A DNA stretch of 62,509 nucleotides, filler included, from Sphacelaria rigidula (Eukaryota): assembly GCA_964200075.2 (NCBI GenBank). It is 11 parts of 11 records of this genome, joined end to end, with 100 filler letters (N's around TTAATTAATTAA, not from the genome) between each part and the next. Parts side by side here need not be neighbours in the genome. Positions count along the whole stretch, not along the records: positions 22,769 to 28,360 come from CAXNAA020026035.1; positions 28,461 to 34,052 come from CAXNAA020026036.1; positions 34,153 to 39,744 come from CAXNAA020026037.1; 8 more parts are not named here. One strand, written 5' to 3'. A program made the translations under genes and the position numbers. The notes under the pieces were generated by a model, which was not told where the DNA came from, ran no database searches, and saw nothing but the letters and a program-made list of their open reading frames with translations. Positions 24,609-36,180 of this stretch are shown here, piece by piece. Positions within the stretch are counted from its first letter, which is position 1; every line of letters begins with the position of its first letter.

Positions 24609-27600
24609 TAACCTTTTTCGGACCCTTTTCCCCCACAATCATGTTGTTAATTGGCATCATTTTGACCTGAAAACAAAACTAATGGACACCTGCCACTAAC
24701 ACACGATGGTGGGGGGGGAAGTGGGGAAAAGTGACACAAACATACCATTGTGGGGAGTCCAGTCCCAAGAGTGTCAACTGTTCCCCGAGGGATCTATCAT
24801 AGCCGTGGTTACAAGACTTACTGAATCAAATTCTAAAACATGCCCAGCCCAAGGCCATGTCCATAATATCGCGCGATTTTCTGCAATACCCGATGGGTGA
24901 GACTCCGGCTTTCTTGTTTAATTCCTTGTATCAGAACAGCGAATGGGGCTTACGACGAGTGATTTTGACTGAACTGTGGTCGAATCCCGCACTTTCGAGG
25001 GCGGCCTTGTACTTACTGTACTGAATATACAACAGGAAAGCCCCCGTCGAACACCCTCCCTGGCTACCAACTTGCAATCAAACGGGTTGTTTCATTTCAT
25101 CTACATCCTCTAGAGGATACGAACCCTAGAAAGAATAGCAGCGCTGGAAAGGAACCCTCACGGGCATATTTGTCGTCGTCATTGTCGGCCGTCGTCGGCC
25201 GTTGTAGCCGGAGCGGCAAGCATAGGCATGCTTCCGATTCCAAAATGACTCAACCAAGAGATCTTGTACAAGCTACCCGCGTTTCTTTCGTCACTACATT
25301 CCAGCTGTCGCGAACGCTCACGTTTCACGATGATTTCCTTCGAAAACATATACAACCAGCCGGCGTTGATGTAAACTAAGCAAGCACTTCATTGAACACG
25401 GGCAGCAGCCGACCACATTCAAAAACTCTCGTATGAACGCGGGGGTGCCCCACCCGATGGGTGAAGCCATGTTCGGTACACTGATTTTCACCAAGGTCGT
25501 ATTTCTCACTTGGAAAGGATATCGTCCCGGGAAAAAGTAGGCGCGTCTCTTCCTCTTGTGAAATCCAACCTTGGACTCTGCATCAAAGGAGACGGGAGCA
25601 CATCGATCCAAGAGGGTGTATCGCCCCGGTTTATGGCCTTCATGGGCTACTTTGGTGGAGGTGGCGAACAAAACATGATCGAAGTCCCTTCTGCTGTTCT
25701 TGAAAGTCAAGGCATGACAACACCGCCGAAGAGACGAGAGTACACCCATCTACTGTATCGCATCCCAAAATTTCATCGAGGAGCTTTTCTCGGCTTGGCT
25801 CCCTTCGTGAAGGTGGTGAACAAAAATCGACGCGGGATGCCCATCTCCTCTGAAAGTAGATCTTCCAGCTCTGCTGCCACGTGCCCTTGCAGCATCAGCT
25901 CTTGATATTTACCGTTTGTGCCCTGTTTTGACAAATACACAGCGCATTCACACCGTATGTTATGCACCAAAATGAGCCTGGTGTAATATCTGTTGCTCAA
26001 CCATCTGTGGAGAGCACGCTTTTGCCGTTCCATATTTCCGATCCCCTGGACAACATTCACAAGAACTCATTCATCACGACCTACAGCTTGCTACTTCTCT
26101 GGTCCCCAAGGAGGGACCCACTCTCGCTAATTGTCATCAACCAGAATGTGCTCCACACTAAATACACGACCTAAACCCTACAAGTTGACTACCGCCAAAA
26201 ACCCCGCTATAGCCAGTCTCCCGTGGGAGCATAGTCTTCTACGACTACAGCTGAAGTAACGGCTGGTCTCGGCTGGGCATGTCTGTAGCAAGCGATGTTG
26301 GCATAGCTTCCGTCCCGAGAAGAGAAACAAAATGGACCGCCTGATAGCCTTCTCTACTGCAGTACGCCCGCAACCTCAGGTGCCATGTTCCGAGGTAGTG
26401 CTCGTCATGAACAAGCTACGATTCGCTCGCGATGAGCGCTCGGCTTGGTGCCTGAAGGACACGCTATCGGCATCCGTGATAACAACAGCCTCGATCAGTC
26501 CAGCGCTGGGTTTGCCGACGTACGTAGTGCTGCTTTGTGACAGCGCATTCATAGTATCATCAGACGAAAAGCTCGTAACTGCGCACTGCACAGTCCCCCC
26601 CCACCTCCACCTCTCCGCCCAAACTCTTGATTTTAAGCGTATTTATTTTCTGCTCTTCTTCTTCCCGGCCTCCTTATCTGAAGCCATGCGGCGGGGGCCG
26701 GCTAATTGTCAGTTCCCTTTTTTTTTATTGGGACCAGTACTGGGGTGCATCTTGTAACTATCTTGTTTTCCTCCTTTCCTTTTCCCTTTTTTATCTTGTT
26801 CCTCGTTTCTTCAGTTTACTCCGTTTTATCTTGATTTCATCTCATTAGTTTCTCGATTTTCTCCTTTCGCGAGTCTTTCGGTTTGATTCGCCTAAGGTAC
26901 ACCTTTTGACCACGGCTGGATTTTTTGGGGATCAATCACTTCAGTGACACTGTCCCTGTTCTCGTTTTGCTCCAAGCTTAGGAATAATTGTGCGGGTCAT
27001 GATGAAGGTCGTGTCTTTCTGCCAAATTCTTCGGTTATGCAGAATCTGAGCCCGAAATTATACTGAATATTTTAGGAGGGAAGCAGTCTACGGAGTAGCT
27101 ACGTAACGAGGGTGTACTACATGTTGACGAACCTTGCACATGTGCTGTCAGACACGAACGAGATATGCGACAAGGGGCAGCTCCTGACAAGACTTACGAA
27201 AAAATACGATCCAGAATTTTACGGGGGAAATGGTGAACGGTCAAGACTTTTCAAAATTCTCCCATGCCTGTTGGGCTTGTGCGTTCCCCCACCAGAAGGA
27301 AGAAGGTAATCATTTGTTTGCGTATGCTACTTCCTGCTTCGGCTTACATGTTTGTCCTTGCAGTGCACTACACATCATACTCCGAGAATAAGCAGTGATG
27401 CGTCCACCCTCTACATTTGATAGGGCAACCTAGTGCACGCGTGGGCTGCTGTTCTACCACGGTTCTTTGGCGAGTCGTCGAATGCCTCGCCATGCCCTGC
27501 ACGTGTGTATAGGTATCAAAACAAACGCCACGGCACGTGCGTGTTTTTTCCATAGCGCGTATATAGTCCCCCGAACTACCCCCTTTCAATTCTTCCTATA

Positions 27601-28109
27601 GACTTCGAACGACAGGTCGAAACAACACGATAGTGTTAGTTTGCAGCCCTGCACGAGCCCGACGCGAGTTGTGTCAGCCACCTGTCGACAACGGAGACAC
27701 GCTCTGCAAAACAAACACAGCTCTCACCGGGGCAGGCTGCGCCGCAGTGCTGCATGCAAACCGCTTCTGCGCTTGTCGCCCAAACACTGAAGGCTCGATC
27801 CCGTAAGCCTCCAATCCCCGAACTTTCGTCGCGTGCCTGTTGTATCCGGAACGTGGGAAAGCAAAAGGCGTGGTCGAAGGATCACGGAGTATCTTGGTAT
27901 ATCGGTCGTAGGGCAGCGGAGACATGAGGCGCCGGGGAGGGAAAACAGAGCTCGCGATACATGATCGCGAAGATATTGGTGCAGGGTATTGTCGAAAGTG
28001 CCATATGGCATGCGGCGTGGTGAAAAGGGTAGGCCTGCATGCCTTCTTTTTTTTAGGTCGGCCATTTCTTTCTGTGCTTTGCTCGTGTTGACTCTTTTTA
28101 TGACTTTTT

Positions 28110-28292
28110 TTTGTTACGACTTGGTCTGCTATGTCGTTCTGTTCGACTTTCTTTTTTCTTCCCTGTTCCTTTTTTTCTTCAGAGCGTGTTTCAGTTTCGT
28201 CTTTCTTGGGTACGTCTATCATGAGGCCACGGCTGGACCCCTTGGGGGGTCAGTTAAAGTGCGACAATAAACGAAGGAATCAATCAATCAAT
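28110..28292 (+). repeat. Retroposon (LINE/SINE) 3'-end family: pyrimidine-rich tract, CCACGGCTGGA..GGGGGTCAGTTAAAGTGCGACAA, then (ATCA)n tail
   Basis: Related copies at about 4905-4985(+), 5185-5320(-), 17375-17520(-), 23150-23235(+), 26860-26950(+), 39518-39670(-), 55480-55570(-), 56535-56590(-). The 3' end is shared and the 5' extent varies. Confidence 0.8.
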
Positions 28293-28360
28293 GCCGGTCG
28301 CCCCGGTGGCTCAGTTGGTAACCTCGTAACCTTCTGATGGTTGAGTAGGGGGGTTCGATT
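28293..28360 (+). mobile_element. tRNA-derived SINE head, truncated by the contig end
   Basis: GCCGGTCGCCCCGGTGGCTCAGTTGGTAAC (A box) ... GGTTCGATT (B box). Same head as at 35218 and 36180. Confidence 0.75.
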
Positions 28361-28460
28361 NNNNNNNNNNNNNNNNNNNNNNNNNNNNNNNNNNNNNNNN
28401 NNNNTTAATTAATTAANNNNNNNNNNNNNNNNNNNNNNNNNNNNNNNNNNNNNNNNNNNN

Positions 28461-29962
28461 GCGACGAACAAGGTTCCACCTCAACCGGTCGAGTAAGGGT
28501 GTGGTGCCCCACAGTCCTGCGCTCACCGGGGTGGCAACAATGTTACACATAAGCGTTGAGATTCGGCAACCATGTCAAAACATGTTCCCAACACTCTTCA
28601 CGCACTTCACTCTGTGCAATTTTACCGACACCGTTCCACAGTCAAGTCAAGTCGCGGTGCCCCGCTCTCCTCACACTTACAAAACCGGCAGACGATTTTC
28701 TATTCATCAATCGAGTCAAACAAACGCGCAAAGTAGGTCTGCACTCATCGAGCCAGAAATTCGTCAAACATCAACTCTGAGTTTCGGTGTCCATATCAAA
28801 AATATGAGCTCAGCATTGTCCAGAGATATCCAATATCTCGATCCACATGGGCAACAACCTTTCCTTGGGTACATGAATCGCTTATCTGCATGACGGCCAC
28901 GAACACTCAAAACATAAAAACAAAGGGGTATTTGAGTCATGCATAGGTCTCATGCCATCATCTGTTTCAAAAGGCTTCTGCGTCTGCTTCCGAACATACT
29001 GAAGAATCGCTGCTACCCGACGACCCTACTGCCATCGCTGTATCTTCGTTTTCTCCTGTATTACAATCCTGATAAGAGTGTCCCTTCTTTCCGCATCTCA
29101 TACAATGTCGTTCCGGACAGTCACGCGCAGAGTGTGTTATTTGCTTCCGGCAAATCCAACATCACCTCTCCTTTACAGAACCATTTTTTACGCCCATCAC
29201 GTTTCGAATCCCCCGTATCTCCCGAGGTCCCTTGTAAATTCGTACATTCCTTTTTCGACTTCCCTTGCCACTTCACGGGGGTCCTGGCCAGTTTCCTGTG
29301 TCATACGGAAATATTTCCCGTCTTTCACGTGAGGCGCTTATGAAAACTGCGGCACTAACTTGTGTCAGGGAATCATCATCACGGAACAACGCTCAATTTT
29401 TCTCCTTCCTGTCAAACTTCTCATCGAATCTTTCATCAACACGAAAACAACTCTTCACGCCTAGATGAGGGAGGTAAGCCGGGGATTCCTCGTTCATACT
29501 TACATGGGCGGATCCATTGCCCGTGGATCCTCGGAGAGGGCCTGATACAATCCCTGCACCGAGTGGCGACCGGACCCTCCCTGTTCCGGCACCGGCGACG
29601 GTGTGCCTTCCGTCGCCTGCCTCCCCCTCCTCGTCCACTGCCGCTCCGGGGCCAGTGGACGATGTCCTGCGCACTAACTGGGACACCATCATCGTCTTCA
29701 GCTCCGCCAGCTGCTCGGTGATATCCGTCACCGATCCTTGCAAGCTGGCGACATTCTCTTTCACCTCCAGCATCTCCGTTGGGGACGATGTGTCTCCCAC
29801 GACAGCCGAGTGTCTTTCCGCAGTGCTCCAGTCTGCCATCGGTCCCTTGGCCACAGAGCTCCCAAGTTGGATAGGGTTTGGAGCCTCTAGAGTGTTTGTA
29901 GCTTCGTGACCCCGTGAGAGGATGGGGTACAGACTCGACTCAGATAGTCGATCAATGGACAC
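28461..29962 (-). mobile_element. Degenerate LTR-retrotransposon gag region, probably Copia-like
   Basis: Coiled-coil-like ORF 29393-29962, then at about 29062-29162 two zinc knuckles CWICRKQITHSARDC and CMRCGKKGHSYQDC. A weak WISLDNA protease-like motif lies downstream. Confidence 0.7.
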
Positions 29963-30249
29963 GACTGCAATAGTCGATCAATAGACACGGCTGACCGCCG
30001 ATCAAGATGAGGTAGAAATGTATAAAAAGCTTTGTTGATGAAGAGGGAAGGGAGAGGAGTAACCCCAGTGTGCACCAAAGTCTCAGGATGTAACGAGCAC
30101 CACTCACGTACGTCCAGTCACTAACATCACAATATAAAGTCATCCTGCATAGTACCCGGAACTCAAAGAGGTATATCACCAGACTGTTGTACCTAACCCT
30201 GACTTGGTGTATCTTACTGGACACCGCAGGCCATCCTAAGAACATCCTC

Positions 30250-32700
30250 AACCTCATGGAAGCTGTCCTGCTCCGCTTGCAACGCGGCCAATCTCTTCGT
30301 AGTTTCCTGCATCTTCAATTATGAAGCCTCTCCTTGGCTTCGCCAAATTTCCCACTACCTTGCCTGAGCAACCCCCTAGCATGGTCCTGGTGAGGGTCAG
30401 CAACAAGCGGAGGGATACGGAGTTTGTTACAATCTACATCGGTAGGAGTGACGGGCGTCTTAACCGCTTGAGAGTATGACTTTCCTCTCTTCCCGACTAT
30501 GTTCCAAGCTGCCTGACTACCTTGATCCGCCGTACTTGCAGATGGAGCCACGACTACCGCTCCTGACAACCTTTTGGCCAATGCTTCGTCTTTCTTCAGT
30601 CTTACCGTTGCTTGCTTACGTCTACGAGCCTCTGCTCGAAGTTCCGCCTGGTATAGAACCAAAGCAAGAGCTTCATCGCCGTCCGGACCTAAACCGGCAG
30701 GTGACATGACTTCCCGGGACGGGACCAACTGTACTTGAGCTAGTGGGACGTCCCTATCCATATTTTCTACATCGGCTTCTGACACGCGGTTGCCTTTTTC
30801 CTTCGTGATTGCTACGTCTGTAATCCTGGGTCCTGCCTGTACAGCCTGAATGGGAGTATATACACCCCCCGGTGCCGCTACAGTAGTGCACAGGCGCCGA
30901 TCATCATTTGCATCGATGCCGAGACACTTTCTACGATAGCCCCCTCCAAAAACGTGCATGATTTTGGGGAGCAAACTCTTCACGTAAATCGAAATGGGAA
31001 AGGTCGAGCACAACGAGAAGCTGGGTATTCCCACGCTTGGGTTCGTTCTAGGCAATGTCGCCAAAATGAGGAGCTTCATGCAGCCTGAACCCGGAACATC
31101 AGGCGCTGTATGACCATATTTTTCGTGACACTTTGAGCTGCTTTTGGGGGGGGGCTATCGTAGAAAGTGTTCCCACCACTTGGCAACGATCCGCATATGA
31201 CAACGAGTCCAGCATTTGACGAACATTTTCCAACACATCGTCTTTCACTGTCCTCTGGTACTCTACCCTTACCGTGGTGTTCAACCTAGGTGTAACTGAT
31301 TCAACTTCACTCGTACTGGATTTATTCACCTCGACGGCCGTAATAATCGGAGTGTCCGGTGTGTCAGGAGTGTCCGAAGGGCCTGCAGGGTTGCCAGCCC
31401 GGGCCTCGTCGGAAGGGGAGGTGTGAGGTATCATCACCCCCGGCAATCCTACCCCCGAGGATTCCTTAGACTTCCCCTTTTCTACTTTGCGATCCTCCGT
31501 GTCTGTGGGCGAGAGGACAGTACCAGCAACAGACATGGCGCTCATGGTCACTAACAGTTTGTTGGATGAATCACATAGTTGTGTGAGCAAATGAGATTGA
31601 TTATCCGACGGACCCGTAATGGCCTGCGATCTACCTGCTGAACCGCCCATTATTTATGATATTACTGGTGCAGCGCGTACCTCCAACATCTGACTATTGT
31701 GCCGCTGGGCGCCGACCCGCTCATTGTCTTCCGTGATATCGCCGCCCAGTTCAATTTCCGACAGGACCGAACGCAACTCGGATTCTGTCTCCTCATGCAA
31801 CATGATAATTTGTTGAATAACCCCGGATGCCTTTGATCGGGAACTCCCTTGCTCTACATCGGGTGTGGAGAGGCGAGGTGCAAATTCACTAGCAGATGAG
31901 CTCGAGTATGAACAAATTTCGTTGTTCTGCTCGAGGTTGATGTCACGCTCATTTTGGTTTCGGGACAATGGCGCACGAGTATCCGACCTTGTTTCAACAT
32001 TACTGAGAGATTGTGTACGATTCTCCACGGGCTCATCCTTAACATCGCTGGACACCTGCGAGAAATGTCATCTTCCTGGCATAGTGTAGTGGGCAAATCA
32101 CTACGGGTTTTTTCAGGGGGCGAAGAACTCAACTCTGCATCAGTTGTATTCCGTACCAACCTGTCAACAACATCAACTGGAGTGCGCTTGGTACCATCGC
32201 CGGTCCCGCTTTCTACACATTTCATGTTGTCTTCTACTTGGGGTGCAAGATCCAACATTTGGACGTTGGTGTCTGTCGCCCCAACAGTGTCCCTCACGGA
32301 TCCAACGTTTCCTACCTGAGGCGAACTATCCACAATGTCATGTGAAGTGCCCCGCGAGCAGGTCATGCTCTCTCTTTCAGGGAGGAGAGGTGCTAAGTGA
32401 ACCTGATTCGTTACACCCCTTTCCCCCACCGGGGTGGACACTGCATTATTTGCAAAAAGTCTCGGCCCCACGTCCGACACACTTTCAGCTGACTCCGTCT
32501 GTACCTTTTCATCTTGTACGGCTGACATTTCGGATGCAACTGTCACTCGATCTACCCTATCCGTGGGTGGACACAATGCATCGTCTGCTTTCTTCTGGGC
32601 TCTGGTACGCACACCACTTGGGAAACTCGCATCGCTCTTCGAACGGCTTCTCTTACCGGACATCTCTGACGTTGCGCTGCTGTCTTCACCCCTGTGGATT
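30250..32700 (-). pseudogene. Long broken low-complexity ORF, probable gag-like 5' ORF of an LTR retrotransposon
   Basis: Consecutive same-strand intronless ORF pieces (31854-32663, 31654-32055, 31099-31650, 30315-31079) directly downstream of an LTR candidate. No conserved domain recognised. Confidence 0.5.
30924..31170. mobile_element. MITE family C inserted into the gag-like ORF
   Basis: TIRs ACACTTTCTACGATAGCCCC / GGGGCTATCGTAGAAAGTGT. Internal sequence matches 56919-57047 and, more distantly, 49527-49779. Confidence 0.88.
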
Positions 32701-32763
32701 ACCGACGATCGCCAATGTCAGGAGAAATCCTTGAGCTCAGATCTCCAACAAAGGTCAAACCAC

Positions 32764-33417
32764 TGTTATGGGGCTGAGGTGATGCGATTCGCAGAACCTC
32801 GAAGTGATGGGACGTGAAGAGTCCCAAAAAGTTGTCGAAAGGTGATGAGTTGCCACTTGTATAGATTTTTTTATGCTACAATACTGGAAGGCCCCAGGAA
32901 TCAACACGAAATCAACCTATAACCGGAAAACAGACCGAAACTTGCCCTACAACTGCAGAACAATGCTTGTTGCTTGTTGCTGAAGCTGAGAGAAGGGTGC
33001 AGAACGAAGTGATCATCATGGGGGTTAGCGTCGATGCTCGAATGCACCCCGCTAGCATTTGACCCTTTTGTCCTTGCTCCCGCACTTGAACCCAAATGTG
33101 GACTTTGCCTTTCAAAGAATCGCTCTACTCGGGAATACCCCACAGGTTTTCATCCTGTATCTACCCTCAACACACAAAAGCTCCAAAGATCGTATCTTGC
33201 TTTGCTGTATTTTCTTGGACATACTCCAGATTCCCAAACCTGCTAACCCGTCTACAAGTTTTCTTGACTTTTAAACAACCCAACTTGAAATATACCTCCC
33301 CGCTTGTGTACAAACCTCAACGTGTGGCTCGCAGTGCCTAGAAATATTATTATATAGCACAATCCCTGTACTCCGATTTAGAGCTATTTTATGTTGTTTT
33401 ACCCCGGTTCCCATACA
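32764..33417 (-). mobile_element. Candidate 5' LTR
   Basis: On the minus strand starts TGTATGGG and ends CCCCATAACA (imperfect inverted TG...CA ends), contains TATATAA, and is followed one base later by TGG (PBS position) and then the long ORF. No second LTR in the contig. Confidence 0.5.
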
Positions 33418-35217
33418 TATGCACTCATCTTACTGTTACCCATAGAACTGGTTCAGCACAAAACCATGAAGTCTCCGAGAGGTTGGCTCACCACACTCTG
33501 ATCAGTGCTGCCCCAAGCGGTTCGCCGGAGTACAGGCGGGAATATGTCTCTTCATCCTGAGCAATACACGACTGGCCATGTGTACCATGCTTTCAGATGT
33601 GTATTGCAGACTTTTTCTCTGATTATTTCCTTCTGCAGAAAAAAGGCGTTAAGATGGTCGTCCGAGGAATCGAACCCCGGTTGTTACGGCTAGCTACCGG
33701 CGAAGCCAGTCAGGATCGTTTCCCCGGTTGTTAGGATCCGACCCGTACACTGGTGGCGCGGCTTCGCCGCGGCACCTTCGGTCCCTCCCTGCTGGTGAGG
33801 GGGCCCCGCCGGTGGCACGTTTTTACTGGATTTGGCTTCACTAGAGCATAAAAAACGAGGGATTTTGATTGATGTGACAGAGGCACTATCGCGGGGAAAG
33901 CGATAGAAATTTCGAGGACAACCAAGGGTCTGTCGAGCGAAAATTCTCGGACACGCCCCCCCCCCCCCCCCCCCGCGGCCGTTGCGCGAAAAGTTTGGCT
34001 TTTTTATTTTTTTTTTTTTGTTTTTTGTAGGTGAAAGAGGGTGGGGATAAGANNNNNNNNNNNNNNNNNNNNNNNNNNNNNNNNNNNNNNNNNNNNTTAA
34101 TTAATTAANNNNNNNNNNNNNNNNNNNNNNNNNNNNNNNNNNNNNNNNNNNNCGAAACTAGCGATAGCAAAGTGCATGGATAAAAGGTTCCTTCCTGTCT
34201 TCTGGGAAAAAAAAAAAAAAAAAAGTAGTGCCGAGACTACTGTAGTGTAGTGTAGTGTACTGTATGGAAGGGCTGTAATACGGCTTTGACGCTACTTATG
34301 GATGGGTGTGTAGACTACTACTGTGTTCAAGTCTCAGTGCCGATTCCCCGAGCACAGTACTGCACTATTCGATTTGACCACGGGGATCAGGAGGAGTTGA
34401 TACGCGTCGGTTGCACCCTGTGATGAATTTGTTTCGAGGTTCCACTCACATCAGATAGTGTCCGTAGCGCCGCCGCACAGCCAGATCCGATCTGTGGCGC
34501 GTTGTTTGTCAGCGGTATTCACACGGTTCACTGTACCCTACTGTACTGTATCGTAAGCAGTGGCGGTGTCACCGCCAGGAGTGTGGGCCATCTGCGGAAT
34601 AAGCATCGTTTTCACTTGGAATACGAACGTCAGACTGGAATAAATCATTCTTGGAGCTCAAAGCACTACTAGACGGCGGCGTAGCAAACTGCACCTGAAG
34701 GTAGATCAGCACACGGAATACCTGCGACTTTTATAGCTTGATAATGTTCGGTGGGAGGGAGCGGCGCGTGACTCAAGTTACTCCAATAACTGGATGCTTT
34801 CTATTCCCCCCCTTAATTGGAACACACGTAGACGAGGCGGTTACGGTCAGCCCAGAGACGATGCCGTATTTTTGCTCCTTGATTTTCTCTTAAACCGCGG
34901 CGATCCCGTCGCCTTAACTTGAGAAGTAGTCGGGAACGATGTCGCCAGGATTTTTCGATAACGAGGCGCCTCGCGCGAGTACAGAGACCTTGATCTGGCG
35001 GATACGGGCTTGGAAAGACGCCCCAATCGCTGGAGGTATAGTAATCTTTCGCAATATTCCTTCTCCAAACATACTACGGACAGCTCCTCACTCGTGTTTG
35101 TGAGCTGAGGCGACCCATGTCGTCACCACCAGGAAAAATAATCCACGGCATCGTGGTCGGGCTGCGAAGCTTGACCGATGATGCCAGACGGTAAATTATC
35201 CATGTAGCGGGTGAACA

Positions 35218-35580
35218 GCCGGTTGCCTCGGCGGTTCAGTTGACAACTTCGAAAACCTTCTGAAGAGTAGGTGGTTGGTTTGATTATTGGAAAAGTCACA
35301 CCAACTGCGTTTTTTTCTCTCTTACAATATACTCAGCAGTGGAACGCGGATATTTTGTGAGTGAGCAAAAATCGATAGAGTTACGAGTAACGACGAGGGA
35401 AAAGGACGGTCGAACCCTTATTGCGATTAAAATTATGGCAGGCACCGCAGAGGAAAGATGAAGAAAAAATACACCCCCTGTGTAACCTTCCTCCTGTGTG
35501 ACCCCGGCTGTTGCGCCCACATCCACTAGAAGGTGTGCCGATGTCCAGAATGAATGGGACGAGAGCGCATACGAGTACAC
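35218..35580 (+). mobile_element. tRNA-derived SINE, near full-length, diverged
   Basis: Head GCCGGTTGCCTCGGCGGTTCAGTTG. Body CAGTGGA..GAGGGAAAAGGACGG..GCACCGCAGAGGAAAGATG..CCTGTGTGACCCCGGCTG shared with 35790-36180. Confidence 0.8.
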
Positions 35581-35789
35581 ACGTGAAGAACTTAGAATCA
35601 TTTTAAGGAGCCTCCTTAAAATGGAGAGCTGTTTGTCGACTTCAATTTTGCGGAAAATGAAACAGCAAAAACTCGAACCTTTTCAGAGAGAAGCAGCGGC
35701 ATGCTTTGAAGATATAACAACAAACAAGCGCTGACTGACCCTCGCAATCAAACCCCTCGGCTTTCCCCAGATCACTGCTCATTGGAGTG

Positions 35790-36180
35790 TTTTTTGTTTT
35801 CATGTATTTGTGTTTTCATCCCATCTATTTTGGACGCCAGACTACACCTACCTTTCGGTATATTTTATGTGGGTGTACCAGCCGGGGTCACACAGGGGAA
35901 GGTCAACATCTGAGTTTTTCATTATTTTCTCTTGTTTTTAGTGATCCTTCCTTCTGCGGTGCTTGCCTTATTTTTTATCGCGAGAGGGGTTTAGCGGTCC
36001 CTTTCCCTCGACGACCGTGCAGTCGAATTTTGTGTACCCCCGACATAGTCGCTCTCCACTGTTGGGTACGGTGCGAGAAATAATTGAATCCCAGATCGTG
36101 TGACTGCACCGAGATTCGAATCCACGACCGAACGGTAAGAAGGTTTCGAGGTTACCAACTCAGCCACCGGGGTGACCGGC
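35790..36180 (-). mobile_element. tRNA-derived SINE, full-length
   Basis: Minus strand: GCCGGTCACCCCGGTGGCTGAGTTGGTAAC (A box), GGATTCGAATC (B box), conserved body, A-rich tail. Confidence 0.85.

Noticed and set aside
36084..36180. tRNA gene (also 28293-28360, about 33650-33730, 50555-50620 and 54540-54600)
   Set aside because: A/B-box-like motifs are present but I found no complete cloverleaf. The best copies continue into a shared SINE body.
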